Source: Malacoraja senta
Taxonomy: Eukaryota
DNA length: 35,513 bases
Assembly (NCBI GenBank): GCA_038087875.1
Contig: JAXLNO010000565.1
Location: forward strand, 1 to 35,513
Direction: 5' to 3'
The notes beneath the pieces were generated by a model, which was not told the origin of the DNA, did no database searches, and worked only from the letters and a program-made list of their open reading frames with translations. Of this stretch, positions 10,598 through 24,017 are shown piece by piece; within the stretch, counting starts at the first letter, position 1, and each line of letters starts with the position of its first letter. The translations under genes were made by a program, and so were the position numbers.

Positions 10598-10897
10598 ATG
10601 TTTGTTACTTGTTACTTTGGCCACCACTGGCCTCCCTATGATTTGTTTGCCCTCTTGTGTCATTCAGCCTAAGCATGGTCCACTCATGGATCCATTGGAA
10701 TGCAGCCCGGACAGTTCCAAACCTCCTGCACCCAGAATCTGCCAAATGGTTCGAACGTGGCCAAACCCAGCCCAAAACCTCCATATGTATAAGGAAGGAA
10801 TTGCAAATGCTGGTTTACACCAAAGATAGTCACAAAATGCTAGGCTTACTCAGCGGGACAGGCAGCATCTCTGGAGAGAGGGAATGGGTAAAATTTT

Positions 10898-13554
10898 ACC
10901 GGCCACCTAAACCAAACCCCTCCTTCCTATCTGATTTCACTGAATTCCTCACACTTGTCTCATCTCTCACCACACGTCTGTTGCTACTTGGTGACTTAAA
11001 CATTCATATGGACTCCCCCACCTGCAAGTTCGCATCTGAATTCGCTTTTCTACTTGACAACTTCTCTCTCACTCAGCACGTCACCTTTCCCACTCATGAC
11101 AAAGGTCACATCCTTGACCTGGTCTGCTCCACAAATCAACCGGTACTCGACCTCCATCCACGCCTCTTCCCCCTCTCGGATCATAAGCTCATACGGTTCA
11201 CCATCCCTTCTCCGACACCTCGCCCCCGCTTCCTCCGAGAAATCACCTTCCGTAATCTAAAATCTATCGATCCTCACCATCTCTCTGACCTGCTCTCCAC
11301 CACTCTCCCCCTGGACTCAACCCACATCTCACCTGATGATCTCACAAACCATCTCAATTCCACATTGTCTAGCTCCCTTAACACTCTGGCTCCCCTCAAA
11401 ACAAGAACCGTAACTTTTAATAAATCTTCACCCTGGTACACACCTGCACTTCGTAAGCTGAAACAGATTGGTCGCCGACTTGAACGACTCATAAAGAAAT
11501 CACCTCTCACAGTCCACCATGAAGCTTACAAACTCCACCTCACTGCCTACAAAGATGCCCTCATTGCTGCTAAATCTGCATACCTCTCCTCCATATTCAC
11601 TGACCCCTGCCTAAACCACAGAACCCTCTTCTCCACAGTCTGCAACCTCCTCAAGCCTCGAGCCATCACTCTCCCTACCTCCACTCCGGATCTCTGCAAC
11701 TCATTCCTCCACTTTTTTGCTGATAAAATTAGCTCCATCTATCAATCACTATCCCCTGCACCCGACTCCCCAGCATCTACTCCACCACCTACCAAGGCCC
11801 CTCCTTTCAACATCTCCGCTGATCTCCATACCCCTCCCCCTCACTGCTTCCTCTCCCAGTTTGACCCGGTCACCCCTAATGAAATCTCCAAACTCATCAG
11901 CTCTTCCAAACTCACTACCTGCTCCCTTGGCCCTCTCCCCACTCCCCTGCTGAAGTCCTGCCTCCCTGCTCTCTGCCCCTACCTCACTAATCTTTTCAAC
12001 TCCTCATTGTCACAAGGAATTGTCCCCTCTGCTTTCAAAACTGCTGCTGTCACACCAATCTTAAAGAAACCTGGTCTTGATCCCTCCTCTCTCATTAACT
12101 ACCACCCCATCTCAAACCTCCCCTTTCTTTCAAAAACCCTGGAGCGCATCGTCGCATCACAACTTCATTCCCACCTCCTCGCGTATAACCTATTCGAACC
12201 CCTGCAATCTGGCTTTCGCCCCCTCCATAGCACAGAAACTGCTCTCCTCAAAGTCCTCAATGACCTCCTTACCTCTGCTGACTCTGGCTCCCTCAATATC
12301 CTCATCCTCCTCGACCTGAGTGCAGCCTTCGATACCGTCAACCACAACATCCTGCTCACCAGACTTAGGGACCTTGGAATTGAAGGTTCTGCACTCAGCT
12401 GGTTCCGTTCTTACCTTTCCAACCGATCCCACTTCATCTCTCTCCATAACCACACCTCTGCCACAGCCACTGTCACTCAAGGCGTTCCCCAAGGCTCCGT
12501 TCTTGGTCCCCTCCTCTTCATCATCTACATCCTCCCCCTTGGTCATATACTCCGTCTCTTCAACCTGGACTTCCACTGCTATGCTGATGACACCCAGAGC
12601 TATCTCAGCACCAAGTCCCCCCACCACCCCCCTCTCTCCCATATCAACTCCTGCCTATCAGCCATCAAATCTTGGATGCAACTCAACTTCCTTAAATTAA
12701 ACAGTAGCAAAACAGAATTTCTCCTCATTGGCTGCAAATCAACACTCACTAAAATTAACAACCCCACTCTCACTATCGACGGCACCACTGTCTCCCCATC
12801 TCCTCAGGCACGCAACCTTGGCGTGATCCTTGACTCAACCCTCTCCCTTGAGCCTCACATCCGCCATGTTGTCAAAACATCATTTTTTCACCTCCGCAAC
12901 TTTGCAAAAATCAGATCGTCTCTCACATCCCCCGCTGCTGAAAGACTCATCCATGCCTTCATCTCCTCCCGACTGGACTACTGTAACTCTCTTCTTTTCG
13001 GAATCAATTCCAGCAGCATCAAACGACTCCAACTGGTCCAAAATGCAGCCGCTCGACTCATTACCCACACCAAATCCTGGCACCACATCACCCTAGTTCT
13101 CAAAGAACTGCACTGGCTTCCCATTTCCCACCGGATCACCTACAAAATCCTGGTCCTCACCTACAAAGCCCTCAACAACCTGCCCCCCCCCCCCTTATCT
13201 CATTGACCTCCTCTCTCCCTACCAACCCTCACGGTCCCTCAGATCCACATCAGCTGGTCTCCTCTCCACTCCGAAATCAAACCTCTGCACTTTTGGAGGC
13301 AGAGCCTTCTCCAGGGCAGCTCCCAGGCTCTGGAATTCCCTCCCACAACCGGTTCGAAATTCTGAGTCCCTCACCATCTTCCAGTCCCGCCTCAAGACCC
13401 ATCTCTTCACCTCTGCATTCCCTTAGTCCAATGTTCCCCTCCCCTCTGTCTTACTGCTCTATTTTGTTTTGTTTATTCCTGACTCTCAATTGTAAAGCGA
13501 CTTTGAGTCCTGAAAAGCGCTATATAAATAAAACCTATTATTATTATTATTATT
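10898..13554 (+). mobile_element. L2-clade LINE copy 1: endonuclease N-terminus deleted, frameshift near the 3' end
   Basis: ORF 10657-13206 has YRPP, GDLNIH, SDH, QGSVLGP and YADD. C-run expansion at ~13183-13194 shifts the frame. AATAAA and (TAT)n tail at 13527-13554. Confidence 0.93.
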
Positions 13555-14259
13555 TGATGTAAGGGCAGACACAAAAGCTTGAGTAACTCAGCAGGATAGG
13601 CAGCATCTCTGGAGAGATGGAATGGGTGCCGTTTTGGGTCGAGACCCATCTTCAGACTAGTCAGGGGAAAAGGAAACAAGAGATATAGACATATAAGGGT
13701 GATGGTGGAATTATATTTACTACCTCTCAATGCTCATTACCAACCCGAGAAAAATGAACTGATTCTACAGTACATGAATATAAATTCGGGAGAGTTGCAT
13801 GAAGGAAATAATTAACCTTAAGATTCGTCGAAGATACATTATTCGCAACGACCAAATCAATAATCATAGATTAAAGAAATATTGCAAGGAAACAAACTTT
13901 TCAAAGTAAAATGGAATATATTTATTGGAACAACAATAGGTAAATTTAAATTTATATTAATTGGAAACAACAATAGGTAAATCTAGTTAAAATAACTGTA
14001 GGAGCAATGCTGGTATTGTGATTTTTTTCTGCAGATTGCAATACTTTAAAGAGAACATCCAGATTTGCAGCAATTTTCAATCGGTCATGCCTTCTGTTGC
14101 ATCCGGAGAAACACAAGGAACGAGTTTTGGTTTATGTAAGAAAAATGTTAGCTGATAAACGCTGGTGTGAGACTGAAGAGGATTAAAGTTGCAAATTGTG
14201 AAGCCAGAGGAAGGAATGTTAATGGAGGCAGGCAGGAGGGGAGAAATAGGAGTGGCCAG

Positions 14260-15000
14260 TAGACACAAAATGCTAGAGAAACTCAGCGGGTGAGGTAGCA
14301 TCTATGGAGAGAAGGAATTGGTGACGTTTCAGGTCGATACCCTTCTTTGGACTGATATCAGGGGAGGGGGTAGGACAAAGAAATAATGTAGGCGGAGACA
14401 GTGGGACCAGTGAGAGAACTGGGAAGGGGGGAAATGAAGCGAGAGAGCAAGGGCTACCAGATGTTAGAGAAGTCAATGTTCATACCGCTGGGGTGTAAAC
14501 TACCCAAGCGAAATATGAGGTGTTGATCCTCCAATTTGCACTGGGCCTCACTCTGACAATGGAGGAGGCCCAGGACAGAAAGGTCAGATTAGGAATGGGA
14601 GGGAGGAGTTGGTGCTGGGCCACCGGGAGATCAGGTTGGCTAAGACGGACTGAGCGGAGGTGCTCAGAGAAATGATCACCGAGCCTGCGTTAGGTAGCGC
14701 CAATGTAGAGAAGTTGGCACCTGGAACAGCGGATGCAGTGATGAGGTTGGAGGAGGTGCAAGTGAACATCTGCCTCACCTGGAAAGACTGTTTGGGTCCT
14801 TGAATGGATTCGAGGGGGGAAGGTAAAGGGATAGGTGTTGCATCTCCTGCGATTGCAGGGGAAAGTGCCTGGGGAGAGGGTGGTTTGGGTGGGAAAGGAC
14901 GAGTTGAGCAGGTAATTATGGAGGAAATGGTCGCTGTGGAAAGCAGAAACGGGTGGAGATGGGAAGATATGGCCAGTAGTGGAATCGCTTTGGAGGTGGT
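14260..15000 (-). mobile_element. Penelope-like element 3' part (GIY-YIG endonuclease), degraded
   Basis: HIFPSPPVSAF..D, GTFPCNRRRCNT, FTCTSSNLI, CIRCSRCQLLYIG across frameshifts. Confidence 0.85.
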
Positions 15001-15353
15001 TCCCCCTCCCCCCTCTCTTAACGTCCCGAGTCCCCCTTGTACTCACCTTCCACCCCATCAGCCATCACATACAGCATATAAATGCAGTGGGCCGAGCATC
15101 GAAAATGTGTCTAGAATTTAACTTTCGTGACCCATGTCTCGGAACTACATTAAATTTTGCACAGATTTAGATCAAATATAATTGAGAAGAAAGTCATAAC
15201 TCGTCAGTGCCAAAAGTTGCACATTATTTAATCAAACTAATTAGAAAATGTGATCAAAAAAGTAAGTGCCATCTAGTGTCCACTGCCCAAATTACACCAT
15301 GGGGAGCCTAATTCCATGCTGCAGTCTCTTTAAACCATATATTCTTATACTAT

Positions 15354-15385
<32 letters not shown>

Positions 15386-15511
15386 TGTTAGCCATTAATG
15401 TCAATGCCCTGCCTGTGCTTGAAACTGCAACGCTTTATGAGGTCCGACTGTGTTTGGAAGGATTAATGCTTTTTTAGGTCTGACTGTTTTCGTGACTTCC
15501 GCTTAGTGGAC

Positions 15512-15608
15512 AGGTCGCGCTGATTGTGTAATGTCCGGTGAGTGTAGAGGTCGCGCTGATTGCGTAATTTCCAGTAAGTGCAGAGGTCACGCTGATTGCG
15601 GAAGTGCC
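15512..15608. repeat. 36-bp minisatellite, ~2.7 copies
   Basis: aggtcRcgctgattg starts at 15512, 15548 and 15584. Confidence 0.9.
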
Positions 15609-15687
15609 ACTGACTGCGGAAGCCCCAAAGTGGTGAGGCCACGCTCAGCCGTGTGAGTATTCAAGAAAGTTTACTGCCATATATATG

Positions 15688-15946
15688 GTGTGTTTCAGTG
15701 AGTGTGTGTGTATGTGTTTGTGAGTGTACGTGTGTGTGAATGTGTGTGTGAGTGTGTGTGTGAGTGTCTGTGTGAGTGTGTGTTTGTGTGTGTCTGTGTC
15801 TATGTGTATGTGTTTGTGAGTGTATGTGTGTGTATGTGTTTGTGATTGTATGTGTGTGTTTGTGAGTGTATGTGTTTGTGTGAGTGTTTGTGTGTGAATG
15901 TGTGAATGAGTGAGTGAGTGAGTGTGCGTGAGTGTGTGTGTGAGTG
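15688..15946. repeat. Imperfect (GT)n/(GAGT)n microsatellite
   Basis: Direct inspection; explains the Thr/His-rich ORFs. Confidence 0.95.
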
Positions 15947-17024
15947 GTCGAAGTGACTGAGCTGCCAGCCCAAGAATCCATTTGGCCCACAATGTCCATA
16001 CTAGCCCTCTGGAAACCAGTCCCTTCAGCCCACAACACCATGCTAGCGCTCCAGCAAGGCCCCCCACCCCTTCCCCCACTGGCCAGCAATATTGGAATTG
16101 TTGGAGAGGTGGAATATTGCGTCGGGGGACCAGCCCTGCCGTGTGAAGCTGGGACCCAACGGGTCCCACTTAGTCTAGTAACTTTATAAAGACAAATCAA
16201 TTGAAAAACAAAATTATCAGCAAGGTTAGCAATACCTATATTCTTTGGAAACCTTGTTATTGTTTTGATGTAATTAGGAGGCAGCCATGATCCCAGGGTC
16301 CTAGCGGCCATAAAACAAAGCGCGGCATTGGTCAATTTGCGTCCGACCTCAAAGTCAAACGTGCATTAATTGGACAATTACTACTCGGAAAAAATTGAGG
16401 TGTTTCTCAGATTTTAAAAAAATCTGCAGGTTTTGGTCTTGACGAGTTTCAGGTATGATTTACATAATATTTATACACAATATGTTAAAAATTCAGGTAG
16501 TTCCATGAGTTGGGTCACGAACTTGAACGAAAAAGCTCCTCCGCCCCCAGCCTAATAATCCTCCAACATTTTTGCCACCTCCAAAGGGATCCCACTGCTG
16601 GCCGTATCTTCCCATCTCCACCCCTTTCTGCTTTCCACAGAGACTGTTCCCTCCATTCCCTCCTCAGGCACTTTCCTCTGCAACCGCAGGAGATGCAAGA
16701 CCTGTCCCTTTACCTTCCCCCCTCGACTCCATCCAAATGACCCAAACAGTCTTTCCAGGTGAGGCAGAGGTTCACTTGCACCTCCTCCAACCTCATCTAC
16801 TGCATCCGCTGTTCCAGGTGTCAACTTCTCTACATCGGCGAGACCAAGCACAGACTCGGCAATCAATCGCTGAACATCTCGGCTCAGTCCGTCTCAACCA
16901 AGCTGATCTCCCGGTAGCCCAGCACTTCAACTCCTCCTCCCATTCCTAATCTGACCTTTCTGTCCTGGGCTTCCTCCATTGTCAGAGAGAGGCCCAGCAC
17001 TAATTTGAGGAACAGCACCTCATA

Positions 17025-18578
<1,554 letters not shown>

Positions 18579-19261
18579 TATTTCACTTGGGTAGTTTACA
18601 CCCCAGCGGTATGAACATTAACTTCTCTAACTTCAGATAGCCCTTGCTCTCTCTCTTCATTTCCCCTCCCCCACCCCACACACCTTCTCAGTTCTGCCAC
18701 TAGTTCCACTATCTCCGCCTACATTCTTTCTTTGTCCTATCCGCTCCCCTGACATCAGTCTGAAGAAGGGTCTCGACCCCTCTCCAAAGATGCTGCATTT
18801 TGTGTCTACCTTCGATTTTACCAGCCACTGCAGTTCTTTCAGAGTTCCCTTTAACACACCAAGGGTGCCATTCTTCCAATGCAAGCATGTCCCAGCTCCC
18901 AATGTGCTCCAATGCAGCATGGTCACTGGCACAGCAGCAATGCAGTCGGCACTCTACCATGCAGCATATGCACCAATGTTATTCGGCTGGAGCCAACGCA
19001 GCCCAGTTGCACATTTTCCCCTGCTGCTGCAGCCCAGCTGCGTCATCCATGGCCTGGGGCACGAGAGGCCAAGTCCTTGGGAGATGGGTATATACATAAT
19101 TAGTAAAGACAAAAAAGATTACGGGGAGAGGGAAGAAGAATTCGGATGAGAGGGAAAAATGAATCAGCCATGATAGAATGGCGGAGATGGGCCTAATTCT
19201 GCCCCTATGCCTTGTGATCTTTATGTTCTGGAGGAGGCAGTTGAACGAGAAGATCTCCAAC

Positions 19262-20350
19262 TTAGGCGTGCAGTATCTCAGCCACGGCGCTGATCATGAA
19301 GACCATGCCGATCGTGCCGACCATGATGATCATGCCGTTGAGCAGTCGCCGGTTGATGCGGAGGTGTACCACTGGCTGCTCGGGCATCTCGAGGTGGAAG
19401 GAGGCGACCCTACGCCCATGAACCCAGCAGCGGTAGATGCCGAGGTCGAAGGGCATCATGCTTTTGATTTGGTAGATGCCGCCGCCCGTGGCGTCGTCCA
19501 GCCGGTGGGTCCCTTTCCAGTTACCACGTCGGGTGATGAAGGTGGAGTCGCGCTGCCAGAGAACGGGCGTGTACACTGACGCCCCCGGGCATATCATCCG
19601 GGCGTTGCCGTGGATGTTGAGGTATATCGACTCCAGTAACAATGTGTGAGGCTCCATCCAGTCGAACGGCGCCTCCCGACCGCACAACCACCACCACCAA
19701 TCGCCGATCTCCTGCAACAGATCGGCTACGATCACCGCTGGTGTTACCTCCTTCTCGCACGGCTCGCGGCACATCTGGTAGTGGAGCTCGGCGCCGCGCT
19801 GGGGCAGGGACTGCCCAATGTGCAGCTCCATTAGGCCGCAGGGCAAGGTGGCGCCATTCACCTCCACTTCCTCGTCCTCGTCCTCGTCGACTTTGCTTAG
19901 TTTGGCGTAGCAGAAGCCCATCATCTTCTGCTCCCCCAATATATTGCAACGGTCACAGTCCTGCCATGGTCCCCAGCGGGTGTAGAGCCGGACCATGTGC
20001 CGGGAAGAGTTCAGGTTCACCCTCAGGCTCCGGTTTGACAAAATGATCTCTCCCAGCCCTCGGTGGGACACGTGAAGCAGAGACGAGTCCTGCACATCCA
20101 CCTGGTAGGCGGCCAGGATGGAATCAACTGACTTGCAGAGGTACAGGCCCGTGTCTGAGGTCCACGCCTCGTTCACGATCAAGGACCCGCTGCTTAGATT
20201 GGCTCGGATTCCCAGTTCGCCCATCATCCCGCCGTCCGCCCTCAAGTCCCCGGGTCCGATGAAGGTGCGGGGTTTGGCTTGAGGCTGGCTGAGGTCCTGG
20301 TACTGCCAGTATACGGAGCCTTCCGGTACTTCAGTTGCACCCGGGCAACG
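19262..20350 (-). pseudogene. FAM187B: FAM187B-like Ig-domain single-pass membrane protein, 5'-truncated (no start codon or signal peptide)
   Basis: 362 uninterrupted codons from RCPGATEVPEGSVYWQY through DTGLYLC, YQVDVQD, WGPWQDCDRC, GFCY, LPCG, CPGASVYTPVLWQ, LDDATGG, GIYRC and a C-terminal hydrophobic helix. In-frame TGA at 20351-20353 lies in repeat-derived sequence. Confidence 0.8.
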
Positions 20351-21005
20351 TCAGCCGCGGTACTGACTTACTTAACATCACCCGGCGGGGTCACAACATC
20401 AGAAGCCTGGATCACCTCAGCGCAGAGGGAGAACAAGGAGGGAAGAGACAAGGACTTTAAGACTTTTGCCTTCCATCACAGCGAGGAGGTGACTGGTGGA
20501 CTCACTGTGGTGGATGTTAAATCTGTGTTTATTGTGTGTTTTTGTTATTTTATTCTATGTTATGACTGCAAGGCACGAAATTTCGTTCAGACTGAAAGGT
20601 CTGAATGACAATAAAGGATGCTTGTTACTTGTTACTTTGGCCACAACTGGCCTCCCTATGATTTGTTTGCCCTCTTGTGTCATTCAGCCTAAGCATGGTC
20701 CACTCATGGATCCATTGGAATGCAGCCCGGACAGTTCCAAACCTCCTGCACACAGAATCTGCCAAATGGTTCGAACGTGACCAAACCCAGCCCAAAACCT
20801 CCATATGTATAAGGAAGGAATTGCAAATGCTGGTTTACACCAAAGATAGTCACAAAATGCTAGGCTTACTCAGCGGGACAGGCAGCACCTCTGGAGAGAG
20901 TGAATGGGTGAAATTTCAGTCCACAATTATGCACTCCTCATCCATCGATCAAATTAATAGTCTCGGTGCTTCAGAAATAAAAGAGTCTCTATCTAGGCAA
21001 GAAGA

Positions 21006-23915
21006 ATGAGCACTATCAACTGGGACAACCTCAGATCTCTCCAGCCTGCCCCCATCCCTCCACCCTCTCACAATGCCAACTTTGCCCTCCTCAACACCCG
21101 GTCGCTCAACAACAAAGCCCTTGCCCTCCATGAACTAATCCTTGACAACACTCTTGACTTCCTTCTGCTCACTGAAACCTGGCAACAACCCAATGTCTTC
21201 TTCTCCCTCAACCAAGCATCCCCATCTGGGTTTAATTATATTTCCAAACCCCGCCCCTCCCGCCATGGAGGTGGCCTCGCTGTTATTTTCAACCAGAACT
21301 TTCCTATCGTTGAACTCCCCCTCCCCCCAGTAGCATCATTTGAATTCCTTGCCTTCAAAGCCCTTTCGTCCATGACAGTCATCCTCATTTACCGGCCACC
21401 TAAACCAAACCCCTCCTTCCTATCTGATTTCACTGAATTCCTCACACTTGTCTCATCTCTCACCACACGTCTGCTGCTACTTGGTGACTTAAACATTCAT
21501 ATGGACTCCCCCACCTGCAAGTTCGCATCTGAATTCGCTTTTCTACTTGACAACTTCTCTCTCACTCAGCACGTCACCTTTCCCACTCATGACAAAGGTC
21601 ACATCCTTGACCTGGTCTGCTCCACAAATCAACCGGTACTCGACCTCCATCCATGCCTCTTCCCCCTATCGGATCATAAGCTCATACGGTTCACCATCCC
21701 TTCTCCAACACCTCGCCCCCGCTTCCTCCGAGAAATCACCTTCCGTAATCTAAAATCTATCGATCGTCACCATCTCTCTGACCTGCTCTACACCACTCTC
21801 CCCCTGGACTCAACCCACATCTCACCTGATGATCTCACAAACCATCTCAATTCCACCTTGTCTACCTCCCTTAACACTCTGGCTCCCCTCAAAACAAGAA
21901 CCGTAACTTTTAATAAATCTTCACCCTGGTACACACCTGCACTTCGTAAGCTGAAACAGATTGGTCGCCGACTTGAACGACTCATAAAGAAATCACCTCT
22001 CACAGTCCACCATGAAGCTTACAAACTCCACCTCACTGCCTACAAAGATGCCCTCATTGCTGCTAAATCTGCATACCTCTCCTCCATATTCACTGACCCC
22101 TGCCTAAACCACAGAACCCTCTTCTCCACAGTCTGCAACCTCCTCAAGCCTCGAGCCATCACTCTCCCTACCTCCACTCCGGATCTCTGCAACTCATTCC
22201 TCCACTTTTTTGCTGATAAAATTAGCTCCATCTATCAATCCCTATCCCCTGCACCCGACTCCCCAGCATCTACTCCACCACCTACCAAGGCCCCTCCTTT
22301 CAACATCTCCGCTGATCTCCATACCTCTCCCCCTCACTGCTTCCTCTCCCAGTTTGACCCGGTCACCCCTACTGAAATCTCCAAACTCATCAGCTCTTCC
22401 AAACCCACTACCTGCTCTCTTGACCCTCTCCCCACTCCCTTGCTGAAGTCCTGCCTCCCTGCTCTCTGCCCCTACCTCACTAATATTTTCAACTCCTCAT
22501 TGTCCCAAGGAATTGTCCCCTCTGCTTTCAAAACTGCTGCTGTCACACCAATCTTAAAGAAACCTGGTCTTGATCCCTCCTCTCTCATTAAATACCGCCC
22601 CATCTCAAACCTCCCCTTTCTTTCAAAAACCCTGGAGCGCATCGTCACGTCACAACTTCATTCCCACCTCCTCGCGTATAACCTATTCGAACCCCTCCAA
22701 TCTGGCTTTCGCCCCCTCCATAGCACAGAAACTGCTCTCTTCAAAGTCCTCAATGACCTCCTTACCTCTGCTGACTCTGGCTCCCTCAATATCCTCATCC
22801 TCCTCGACCTGAGTGCAGCCTTCGATACCGTCAACCACAACATCCTGCTCACCAGACTTAGGGACCTTGGCATTGAAGGTTCTGCACTCAGCTGGTTCCG
22901 TTCTTACCTTTCCAACCGATCCCACTTCATCTCTCTCCATAACCACACCTCTGCCACAGCCACTGTCACTCAAGGCATTCCCCAAGGCTCCGTTCTTGGT
23001 CCCCTCCTCTTCATCATCTACATCCTCCCCCTTGGTCATATACTCCGTCACTTCAACCTGGACTTCCACTGCTATGCTGATGACACCCAGATCTATCTCA
23101 GCACCAAGTCCCACCACCACCCCCCTCTCTCCCATATCAACTCCTGCCTATCAGCCATCAAATCTTGGATGCAACTCAACTTCCTTAAATTAAACAGTAG
23201 CAAAACAGAATTTCTCCTCATTGGCTCCAAATCAACACTCACTAAAATGAACAACCCCACTCTCACTATCGACGGCACCACTGTCTCCCCATCTCCTCAG
23301 GCACGCAACCTTGGCGTGATCCTTCACTCAACCCTCTCCCTTGAGCCTCACATCCGCCATGTTGTCAAAACATCATTTTTTCACCTCCGCAACTTTGCAA
23401 AAATCAGATCGTCTCTCACACCCCCCGCTGCTGAAAGACTCATCCATGCCTTCATCTCCTCCCGACTGGACTACTGTAACTCTCTTCTTTTCGGAATCAA
23501 TTGCAGCAGCATCAAACGACTCCAACTGGACCAAAATGCAGCCGCTCGACTCATTACCCACACCAAATCCTGGCACCACTTCACCCTAGTTCTCAAAGAA
23601 CTTCACTGGCTTCCCATTTCCCACTGGATCACCTACAAAATCCTGGTCCTCACCTACAAAGCCCTCAACAACCTGGCCCCCCCTTATCTCATTGACCTCC
23701 TCTCCCCCTACCAACCCTTACAGTCCCTCAGATCCACATCAGCTGGTCTCCTCTCCACTCCGAAATCAAACCTCTGCACTTTTGGAGGCAGAGCCTTCTC
23801 CAGGGCAGCTCCCAGGCTCTGGAATTCCCTCCCACAACCGGTCCAAAATTCTGAGTCCCTCACCATCTTCCAGTCCCGCCTCAAGACCCATCTCTTCACC
23901 TCTGCATACCCTTAG
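21006..23915 (+). CDS. Intact L2-clade LINE ORF2 (APE endonuclease + reverse transcriptase), 969 aa
   Basis: EN motifs LLNTRSL, LTETW, GGG, IYRPP, GDLNIH, ILDL, SDH; RT motifs YRPIS, QSGFR, LDLSAAFDTV, PQGSVLGP, YADD; L2-type C-terminus LHWLPI...YKAL...APRLWNSLP. Element spans ~20917-24022. Confidence 0.95.
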   Translation: MSTINWDNLRSLQPAPIPPPSHNANFALLNTRSLNNKALALHELILDNTLDFLLLTETWQQPNVFFSLNQASPSGFNYISKPRPSRHGGGLAVIFNQNFPIVELPLPPVASFEFLAFKALSSMTVILIYRPPKPNPSFLSDFTEFLTLVSSLTTRLLLLGDLNIHMDSPTCKFASEFAFLLDNFSLTQHVTFPTHDKGHILDLVCSTNQPVLDLHPCLFPLSDHKLIRFTIPSPTPRPRFLREITFRNLKSIDRHHLSDLLYTTLPLDSTHISPDDLTNHLNSTLSTSLNTLAPLKTRTVTFNKSSPWYTPALRKLKQIGRRLERLIKKSPLTVHHEAYKLHLTAYKDALIAAKSAYLSSIFTDPCLNHRTLFSTVCNLLKPRAITLPTSTPDLCNSFLHFFADKISSIYQSLSPAPDSPASTPPPTKAPPFNISADLHTSPPHCFLSQFDPVTPTEISKLISSSKPTTCSLDPLPTPLLKSCLPALCPYLTNIFNSSLSQGIVPSAFKTAAVTPILKKPGLDPSSLIKYRPISNLPFLSKTLERIVTSQLHSHLLAYNLFEPLQSGFRPLHSTETALFKVLNDLLTSADSGSLNILILLDLSAAFDTVNHNILLTRLRDLGIEGSALSWFRSYLSNRSHFISLHNHTSATATVTQGIPQGSVLGPLLFIIYILPLGHILRHFNLDFHCYADDTQIYLSTKSHHHPPLSHINSCLSAIKSWMQLNFLKLNSSKTEFLLIGSKSTLTKMNNPTLTIDGTTVSPSPQARNLGVILHSTLSLEPHIRHVVKTSFFHLRNFAKIRSSLTPPAAERLIHAFISSRLDYCNSLLFGINCSSIKRLQLDQNAAARLITHTKSWHHFTLVLKELHWLPISHWITYKILVLTYKALNNLAPPYLIDLLSPYQPLQSLRSTSAGLLSTPKSNLCTFGGRAFSRAAPRLWNSLPQPVQNSESLTIFQSRLKTHLFTSAYP

Positions 23916-24017
23916 TCCCATGTTCCCCTCCCCTCTGTCTTACTGCTCTATTTTGTTTTGTTTATTCCTGACTCTCAATTGTAAAGCGACTTTGAGTCCT
24001 GAAAAACGCTATATAAA

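Larger units (their letters stand above)
9464..14422 (+). repeat. Segmental repeat copy 1 (no DIRS)
   Basis: Near-identical and collinear with 27834-35484 and 20351-27833 apart from deletions and the DIRS insert. Confidence 0.95.
15343..16178 (+). mobile_element. Non-autonomous Helitron-like element
   Basis: 3' hairpin TGGGACCC-aac-GGGTCCCA (16150-16168), then CTAG|T at 16175-16179. Probable 5' end TCTTATACTATATA at ~15343 (less certain). Contains (TA)n, a 36-bp minisatellite and a GT-rich tract. Confidence 0.65.
15082..16554. mobile_element. Unclassified insertion with subterminal inverted repeats
   Basis: Interrupts the Penelope coding sequence; ATAA on both sides. ttcgtgaccca-N6-ggaactac (15124-15148) is inverted at 16497-16521. 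Confidence 0.55.

Noticed and set aside
12190..12788. Antisense and alternate-frame ORFs recurring in all three LINE copies
   Set aside because: They recur only because the copies are near-identical and the strand is C-rich; no independent evidence of function.
15512..15608. CRISPR-like regularly spaced repeats
   Set aside because: Eukaryotic context; the intervening parts are similar to each other, so it is a plain 36-bp minisatellite; no cas genes.
15645..16335. Thr/His-rich ORFs of 174 and 224 aa
   Set aside because: Translations of the (GT)n microsatellite.
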